Of a DNA stretch of 64,000 nt, positions 57,053-64,000 are shown piece after piece (position 1 is the first letter of the stretch; the number at the start of each line of letters is the position of its first letter). The notes under the pieces are model-generated. The model was not told the DNA's origin, did no database searches, and worked only from the letters and a program-made list of their open reading frames with translations. Location: positions 1,051,272 to 1,115,271 of the forward strand of contig CAWBAU010000001.1 in assembly GCA_963786915.1 (NCBI GenBank), written 5' to 3'. Both the position numbers and the translations under genes were made by a program. Source of the DNA: an uncultured Nitrososphaeraceae archaeon. GTDB lineage: Archaea > Thermoproteota > Nitrososphaeria > Nitrososphaerales > Nitrososphaeraceae.

Positions 57053-57289
57053 CTATTTCGCCTTCTTTATCACGAATTCAAGATCTTTATCATTTTTATT
57101 TAACGAGACTAGCTGGTGTCCGTTGCGATTGACCCACCTTGAGATGTCCTCCTCAGACTCAGGATCATCTGCAACTATCTTCAGTATATCACCTATCTTG
57201 AGGCGCTCGACCTCCATCTTTGTGCGGAAGACTGGCTCAGGACAGTAAAGCCCCCTTACGTCAATTGACTTTGTAGGTGAAGCATCCAT
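57053..57289 (-). CDS. TusA/SirA-family sulfur carrier
   Basis: IDVRGLYCPEP, ADDP..EDI..W. Confidence 0.92.
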   Translation of the reverse strand: MDASPTKSIDVRGLYCPEPVFRTKMEVERLKIGDILKIVADDPESEEDISRWVNRNGHQLVSLNKNDKDLEFVIKKAK

Positions 57290-57340
57290 ACTAACGGATC
57301 AGCTAAAGTTATAGCACCATTATATTAAATGTTACAGTTA

Positions 57341-58087
57341 CTACCGGAAAAGGTCTCTTTCCTTAGCCCTCAGTAGCGACTTAACTGACGATCTTGAGGC
57401 TCTTTCAAAGTTATAGCCTCGGACTATAGCTACTGGCGTGCCTTCGGCCTTGCCCATCACAAGCTCGGCTGCAGAAGCTATCTCGTCTGCTACCGCAATC
57501 TCGGTTACTCTCAATTTTCGACCATACATGTCATACGTTCCAATGTAACTCTTAATCGGATTTATTCCAGCAATGCCTATTGCGACATTTGTCTGGCCGT
57601 TTCTAAACGTCCGGCCAAAGGTATCGGTTATTACTACTGCTATTTCCTTACCGACCTTTTTCTTCACGGCGTCCTGTAGCCTGCTTGCAGACTCGTCCGG
57701 GGCAACTGGCAACAGTACGGCAGTATCACCTTCCACATTGCTTTGGTCGACGCCAGCATTTGCACATACAAAGCCGTGTTTTGTTTCTGATATAATTATG
57801 CCATCTTTTGCGCGCAAAATTTGTGTTGATTCATTTAATATCAGCTCCATTACGCGAGAATCCTTATCATGCTCCTCTGCCATTCTAATTGCCTTTGTCG
57901 AAGGCTTAATGCTGGCAAGGTCTATGACGCGTCCTTCTGCTTTTGATATGATCTTGTGTGTGACGACAAGGATATCGTCATTCTGGATTTCTATTTGGTT
58001 ATGACTTATTGCTGCAAGGATCATTGCATTAAGATCGTTGTACAGCCTAATGTCATCGGAAACTCTAATAGAGGTTATCTGTATCAA
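57341..58087 (-). CDS. cofE: Coenzyme F420-0:L-glutamate ligase
   Basis: KIISKAEGR, CANAGVDQSN, TDTFGR, DEIASAAELVMGK. Confidence 0.95.
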   Translation of the reverse strand: MIQITSIRVSDDIRLYNDLNAMILAAISHNQIEIQNDDILVVTHKIISKAEGRVIDLASIKPSTKAIRMAEEHDKDSRVMELILNESTQILRAKDGIIISETKHGFVCANAGVDQSNVEGDTAVLLPVAPDESASRLQDAVKKKVGKEIAVVITDTFGRTFRNGQTNVAIGIAGINPIKSYIGTYDMYGRKLRVTEIAVADEIASAAELVMGKAEGTPVAIVRGYNFERASRSSVKSLLRAKERDLFR

Positions 58088-58129
58088 CTGCAGTGATTGA
58101 AAGAGAGGAGTTAAAAAATGAGTTGGTTG

Positions 58130-58796
58130 CTAATGCTTCCTGCTTGCTCCATTTATTAACACGGCCTCACCAAAATTTTTTTTTAACAAGTTCAACAGTA
58201 GGCTCAAGTCGCGCTTGTCAATGGAAACATCGGCCTTTTCTCTTACCATGTCTACGGGGCAGAACCCTACAGTGTAGCCGGCCAGAGCAAATAGCTTCAA
58301 GTCATTGGCACCGTCTACCACTACAACAGTATCCTCCTTCCGGATGTCCCATTGTCTTATAGTGGGCCTGATTGCAGCTGCCCTTGTCGGATGTGACGTT
58401 CATTATGACATCCTCCAATTTGCCATTGTTGAACACCAATTCATTAGAGAAGATCCTATCGATGCCAAGCTCGTCTTTTAGCCTATCTGTGATTATTGTA
58501 AAGCCACCTGATACAGCAATCATTTTCCACTCCGCCTTCTTTAGCGCGGAGCAAAGCTCTTTTGCGCCCGGCATTATTGGCAGGCTTTCGCCTATCTTCT
58601 TAGCGTCTTCGTAGCTAATCCCCCTCAGTGCTCGCACTCTGCGCCTGAGCCCCTCTTCCCAGTTGATCTCGCCTCTGATGCCTGCATTGGTAATGTCCCA
58701 AATTTCTTTCTCTTTTCTTGGGCCCATGACCTGAGCTAAAACTGGAAGGTACTCCGCGTTAAGCAGAACACCCTCCACGTCAAAGATAATCAGCAT
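58130..58796 (-). CDS. serB: Phosphoserine phosphatase, HAD family (frameshifted)
   Basis: IFDVEGVL, RGEI, VSGGF, DGANDL. Confidence 0.85.
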
Positions 58797-58874
58797 AGTA
58801 TTTGCTTATGCAAAACAAATTCCCGTCAATATATTAAGCTTCTCCACGTATTTTTTCTATTATTATTACTACTA

Positions 58875-60257
58875 CTAATGCGACCTTATCGTCTTCTGCC
58901 TCTTGTTGTTAAGGTAGTCTGTCAACAGGACCTTGTCAATGTCCGCAGGGTTAATGTAGTATGATCGCCCCTTGACATACTTTTCCATTTCATTGACATA
59001 CCCAAGCAAAGAATCATCTTCGCTGATCATTATAGTATCAATGTCAATGTTTTTTGAGTGAACTTTTTTTGCCTCGACAATGGTGCGTTCGCCAATATAC
59101 TGGTCAACTTGTCTGTAGCGGTAGCAAAGATATACAAGCTCCCCCGATGCAATGTCAAGATTCATACTATGATCCTGTTTGACAATGTCAAGGGTCTGCA
59201 GGTCTGGAGTGTAAAAGTGAGAATAAGGTCTCTGTGACACTATCTTATCTTGCTCGCTTTTGTCATCTATAAAGCATGCACTGGGATGACCATCCGTCAC
59301 AAGTACCAGGCGCTTGTTAATCGCACCATCCTTTTGTAATATCTTGTTTGCCAGCCTGAACGCGGCCTGGTAGTTAGTATAGTGCAAAAAGTCAGATCCA
59401 GGCTCAAATGTCTTTAGATAAGGTATGTCCTGCGGCGCCACCTTGGACGCAAGCGCGCCAAACCCGACAATGTAGACTGAATCTGAGGGAAAGAAATTAC
59501 GATTCAGCAAATAAAGGCTCCATAGTGCACGCTTCGCGGCCTCAATTCTGCTCATGTCTCCATACATTGATGAATACCGCATGGTGGAGCTGAGGTCGAT
59601 ACAGTACACTACTGCGACACGGACATCCTGCATTGTCTCGTATTCTTCAAAGTCATCCACATCAATTTGGAGCGGCAGCTTTAGATTGCCACCATCCTTT
59701 ACTGTGCGCTGGATTGTGTTCAGGAGCGACTTTGGAACATTAAGCAACCTAATATCATCTCCAGATTCATACTTTTTAGTAGCATCTAGCACAAGTGATC
59801 CCGATCCAAGGTTCTGTGATTCGTGCATGCCGTATTCGCCGGTCTTGAGAGCTTTCATTACATCGCTGAGTATCTTACCGCCTATTGCAGTAAAGCCCTT
59901 AGCGCTAAGCCACTTGGGAGAATCCTTTAGATAGCCCTTTTGCATCAGGTACGCAATGAAGGGCATGCCAGAATCGTCTTCGCTCTCGTTCCTTGAATCG
60001 GCCAACGATCCTGACCTCTCCTGTTGTCGGCTGCCTTCCTGCTGCTTTGAAAGCGATGACATCACACCCTGAAGCGTCTGCTCAAGCTCCTGCAGGCTGG
60101 GCGTCTTTTCCTTTAGTGCCTCTCTCCCTATTGCCTGGAGCAGTTTGTCTAGCATATTGCGAGTGAGCTCACGCTCGGCTTGGCTGTTTTGCCTTTGCTC
60201 CTGGTCCTCTTTATCGAGTGGAAAGTATATGAATTTCTTGCTCGCCGAGGGCACCAT
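58875..60257 (-). CDS. VWA-domain protein
   Basis: CIDLSSTM MIDAS, TN, LVTDGHPSA; coupled to the upstream ATPase gene. Confidence 0.85.
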   Translation of the reverse strand: MVPSASKKFIYFPLDKEDQEQRQNSQAERELTRNMLDKLLQAIGREALKEKTPSLQELEQTLQGVMSSLSKQQEGSRQQERSGSLADSRNESEDDSGMPFIAYLMQKGYLKDSPKWLSAKGFTAIGGKILSDVMKALKTGEYGMHESQNLGSGSLVLDATKKYESGDDIRLLNVPKSLLNTIQRTVKDGGNLKLPLQIDVDDFEEYETMQDVRVAVVYCIDLSSTMRYSSMYGDMSRIEAAKRALWSLYLLNRNFFPSDSVYIVGFGALASKVAPQDIPYLKTFEPGSDFLHYTNYQAAFRLANKILQKDGAINKRLVLVTDGHPSACFIDDKSEQDKIVSQRPYSHFYTPDLQTLDIVKQDHSMNLDIASGELVYLCYRYRQVDQYIGERTIVEAKKVHSKNIDIDTIMISEDDSLLGYVNEMEKYVKGRSYYINPADIDKVLLTDYLNNKRQKTIRSH

Positions 60258-61849
60258 TATGCGAGGTCATAGATGTTGTTATCCTTTTTGTCCAAGAGTG
60301 GAGGCTGGGTGTGCCGCAGACCTTCAAGTATAACTTCAGTTACAGATGCCAGAAACTCCCCGTTGAGATCCTGGCTTAGGGAAATATAATCTGCTCTTAT
60401 TCCAAGCTGCATTGCGTGCTCGACTAACTGTTTTTGCTCTTCCTCTAATATAGCAATTGTTTCGTTCACCAACTCCTTGAGCGCAGTGAACTTAGAGAGT
60501 TGTGACTCATAGTCTGAGTCATCTCTCTTTCCGCCGCCGCCACCAACTATTGTTTGCGAAACCTTGAATGTCTTGTTCTTTGCAAAATCATTCTTGACTT
60601 TTGTTAACTGTTCTGGCGTGAGCTTCTGGAGGTATTCAAGCGACACTTCCTTCAGCGCGCTCTCTATTATAGAATCAAGCACATTCTTTCTGTTCTGGCG
60701 GGTGTCTTCCATTTCCGCAAGCTCAAATTTGGATGACTGGTGGATGCAGTGGATATCACAAAATCGCGGGATCGCCTTAACGTCATATGCAATGGATCGT
60801 GTACGTTCCGCTTCTCCCACCACCATCTCCATCGAATGCACCGACATTCTAACGCTTACTCCCTTATCGTGATTCACATCGTGGTGCGCACGCGTCATCT
60901 GCGTTATCTTTGCTATCGCCTTTATCATAAATACAGGGAAAATAACGTTCTTGGCATCTGCAATCTTTGCTTCCTGAACAATGATCAACATCTCGTCTTC
61001 TACTGTATGAGGATAGTGGGTGTCGATATGGCTTCTCAACCTGTCAAATAACGGCTCGATTATCTTGCCTGAGTGTGTATAGTCTATGGGGTTTGCAGTT
61101 GCTATTATTCTGACATCAGGCTTGAAGACGATCGGATATGCCCCTGTAGTAAACTTGCCCTCTTGAAGAACGCTGAGCAAGGACACCTGCTTGCGTGGAT
61201 CGAGTACTGGCAATTCGTCAATGCACAATATGCCGTGCCTTGCCTGCAACAGCTGACCTGCAGAATATGACTCGATATTGTAAAGCTCGACTCCCTTTTT
61301 AGCTATCTTGATTGCATCTATCTGCCCAACCAGATCCTTGACTGAAATATCCGGCGTTGACAATATGTACTTGTACCTGTCTGTGCCGCTCATCCAATCT
61401 ATCTTAGTCTCAAGCTTGTTCGCTCTAAGGATATCCTCGCATTCTGGCGAAACTACGAATTCTGGCTTCGTTCTAGAGACTTCAGCGTCGGTCAGGAGTG
61501 AGATCAATTCATCTTCTGGAATTAATATAGGAATATCGCTTGTTATTGTACCCCTTACTATAGGGATTGGCGACAGGAGGTTCTGCGCTATTGCCTCTGC
61601 AATCTTGGTCTTGGCTTGCCCTATCTGACCAACGAGCAGCATATCGTGACCCGACAGGATTGCTCTATTGATGGCAGGAACAACATCGTCATCGTAGCCG
61701 ATGATGCCAGGGAATGGGTGTTCCCCTTTTTTCAGCTTGGCAATCAGGTTGCTTCGCATCTGCTCTTGAACAGGGACATATTTGTAGCATATGTTGAGAA
61801 GATCTCCGAGCGTACTAATTTGCTTGTAATCCTCGGGAACACCTGACAT
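60257..61849 (-). CDS. Mg-chelatase/MoxR-like AAA+ ATPase
   Basis: GIIGYDD, GQIGQAKT, IDELP, ATANP.DY..SGKII.PL.DR. True start ATG 61849; the track's longer N-terminus overlaps the S13 gene antisense. Confidence 0.85.
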   Translation of the reverse strand: MSGVPEDYKQISTLGDLLNICYKYVPVQEQMRSNLIAKLKKGEHPFPGIIGYDDDVVPAINRAILSGHDMLLVGQIGQAKTKIAEAIAQNLLSPIPIVRGTITSDIPILIPEDELISLLTDAEVSRTKPEFVVSPECEDILRANKLETKIDWMSGTDRYKYILSTPDISVKDLVGQIDAIKIAKKGVELYNIESYSAGQLLQARHGILCIDELPVLDPRKQVSLLSVLQEGKFTTGAYPIVFKPDVRIIATANPIDYTHSGKIIEPLFDRLRSHIDTHYPHTVEDEMLIIVQEAKIADAKNVIFPVFMIKAIAKITQMTRAHHDVNHDKGVSVRMSVHSMEMVVGEAERTRSIAYDVKAIPRFCDIHCIHQSSKFELAEMEDTRQNRKNVLDSIIESALKEVSLEYLQKLTPEQLTKVKNDFAKNKTFKVSQTIVGGGGGKRDDSDYESQLSKFTALKELVNETIAILEEEQKQLVEHAMQLGIRADYISLSQDLNGEFLASVTEVILEGLRHTQPPLLDKKDNNIYDLA

Positions 61850-62065
61850 TATTTCACTATACTTTGGCTTTGAAGTGTAACAGTGATGAACTGTTTCCTG
61901 TATTCTGTGGCTCATATTGTAGGATTGAGATTTCTTGGTCGACGTAAATTTAAAGATTGTTAGAACTTCACGGGGGACTTTGATGGCTATTGTAAATATT
62001 ACAAACTTTGGGTCTGTTGGATCCAGCAGGGTTTTTATTGCGGAATATCGTTTCGTGATTTTAGT

Positions 62066-62647
62066 TTGTCTGCATCCGAGTATAAATACATCCTCAGAAT
62101 CGCCGGCAAGGACATTGAGGGCACCAAGAAATTGATAGTTGCCCTTAGTGAAATTAAGGGTATAGGCTATAATTTTGCTCAAGTGTTGACTCAGTCGCTC
62201 ACCATCAATCCTAACATGCGCGTTGGTTTTTTGACTGAAAACGATATTCGCGAGATAGAGCAGGCAATCTCCAACCCTGCTGGGGCAGGGATCCCACAAT
62301 GGTATCTCAACCGGAGGAAGAACATGGATGACGGCTCGAACTACCACAGGATAACTTCAGATCTTGATTTTGCTGCCTTCAAATGACATTGAGCGCGAAA
62401 AGCATGTAATGAGTTGGCGTGGATATCGACATATGTTTGGATTAAGAGTAAGAGGGCAGTGTACTAGAACCACTGGCCGAAAGGGCGGAGCAGTGGGGGT
62501 CAAGAAAGTCAAGGTGATGCCTGGAGCAGCACCAGGAGCGCCCGCGAGCACCAGGAGCGCCCGCAGCAGCGAGCACCAGCAGCCGCAGCTCCCGCTGGTG
62601 GAACAACTAGTCCGGCCCCACCGCCAAAGGAGCCAGCCAAGAAATAG
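62066..62647 (+). CDS. rps13: 30S ribosomal protein S13 with an Ala/Pro-rich tail (frameshifted)
   Basis: [40 protein letters not shown]. Confidence 0.95.
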
Positions 62648-62660
62648 ATAGTGGTGTTAA

Positions 62661-63174
62661 ATGGGAGATCCTCGTAAAGCAAAGAAAACATTCCACAGGC
62701 CCAGAATGATCTGGACCACAGACCAGCTGAACGCCGAACTCTATATTATGGGATCTTATGGCCTTAGGAACAAACGTGAGCTTTGGAAGGCTGAGACAGA
62801 GGTCGCAAGGATCAGGAACCAGGCACGAGCTCTTTTGGCACTTTCAGCCGAACTGAGGACAGAAAAGGAAAAGAGGCTGTTGAACTTTTTGAACAGGCTT
62901 GGACTCGCAAGAGAGGACGCGACGCTTGATGATATATTGAACCTAAAAGTTGAAGACCTGCTAGAGCGGCGCCTGCAGACATTGGTTATGAAAAAGATTG
63001 GCACCAGTTCACCATATCAAGCAAGACAGATAGTGAGCCATGGCCATGTTTCTATAGGCAACCGTAAGGTGAACATCCCTGGCTATGTGGTGAAGACAGA
63101 AGAGGAAAACCTGATAATGATCCATATTGAAGTCCCCGGCGCTGCTGCCAGTGCAGCCCGCGTCAGCATCATAG
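62661..63174 (+). CDS. rps4: 30S ribosomal protein S4
   Basis: MGDPRK, YGLRNKRELWKA, LERRLQT, ARQIVSHGH. Probable true stop TAG 63174; the track ORF is extended by an indel. Confidence 0.95.
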
Positions 63175-63871
63175 ACTGCCAACAATATATATCATATTAT
63201 AAGTATAATCAAGGTGTTGTCCAAATTGCATCTGACATGCCGCACTCTCGTCTTAATATGATAAACCCACACAATACCATGTTTAATGACCGATGTCTAT
63301 GTGTATGAGAAAAATGCAAGGAGCCACAGTCGCTGGCATTTTGTCCTATGAGGACAATATATCTCCATCACTACTGCAATCCAGAGAGACCTTACCTGAA
63401 GGAATAAATGTACTACTATCCGACAGTTGAAGTCATTCAGTTGGTAAATATGGGTTATCAGATGGCGCTTGTCAAGCATATTCAAACACACTAACCGGGC
63501 AATCGGGTCAAGTCTACAACTGTAAGGCATCAACAGATATCTGCAAAAAATTACAGGAAAGATCTGACCGATCTGCATAGTATTCCCATATTTCTATCAA
63601 ACCGGCAACTGCGAGTGCCCTCGAGAAAAGAACACAGTGTTGCAATTATATGATTCAGCCAGTAGCGGACGAAGAGGCATATACAACCTGGGGCGAGGTT
63701 ACCAAGAATGTAGCGAAAACAATACAAAAAAAGAGTCTGAAAGTCAAAAGCAAATTGACGATATTCATGTCACAATGCAGTGCACTTCGCAAAACTAGCT
63801 ATTACAAGAGACAAAGATTTAATGGATTTCGAAATGGGAGATTTAAAGAAAAAGAAAAAATAGGCGACTTC

Positions 63872-64000
63872 TTATTGTGGATGCTCGCCTGCGGATGTCC
63901 GGATGTTGCTGCTTGAGTATGATCCAATTGGGACGTCGGGGAAGCTCTCGCTCATCCTTTGCTCTGCCACTGCGCCTGCTTCTGCAAGTATTCTGTCCAC
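63872..64000 (-). CDS. C-terminus of a CdvB/ESCRT-III-like protein (partial)
   Basis: VDRILAEAGAVAEQRMSESFPDVP..* resembles the last helix and FPxxP motif of thaumarchaeal CdvB paralogues. Confidence 0.65.
   Translation of the reverse strand: MDRILAEAGAVAEQRMSESFPDVPIGSYSSSNIRTSAGEHPQ

Noticed and set aside
61850..62347. N-terminal extension of the AAA ATPase in the ORF track
   Set aside because: Antisense to rps13 and its promoter; family-like sequence begins at ATG 61849.
63200..63860. ORFs 63297-63578 and 63650-63916
   Set aside because: No recognisable motifs; the latter overlaps the CdvB-like 3' end antisense.

Overview
Chromosomal window of an ammonia-oxidising archaeon, most like soil Nitrososphaeraceae (Thaumarchaeota/Nitrososphaerota). 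Supporting markers are a divergent FtsZ, a CdvB/ESCRT-III C-terminus, archaeal S13/S4, CofE, Thi4, uvrBAC and an ETF/Fix cluster. Many genes, including essential ones, are split by single-base indels, most likely long-read assembly errors. 1-8 kb: metal-homeostasis locus (FTR1-type permease, DtxR/MntR regulator, TTAGG-N4-CCTAA operators, a hydantoinase/oxoprolinase-like gene under the same operator, two GNAT paralogues around an amidohydrolase). 8-31 kb: accessory region with microsatellites, small Cys/His proteins, a GC-rich cNMP-domain thioredoxin-reductase-like gene and MhqO/MhqD-like genes. It also holds the best candidate for an undescribed system: a tandemly duplicated cassette of palindromic operator, leaderless uORF coupled by ATGA to a secreted Q/N-rich repeat protein, and a conserved 3' double hairpin. 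31-64 kb: mostly housekeeping. No rRNA, tRNA, CRISPR array or intact transposase was recognised. One ORF-track entry (52574..53101) is listed on + but is encoded on -. All family calls come from reading motifs by eye; no database search was run.
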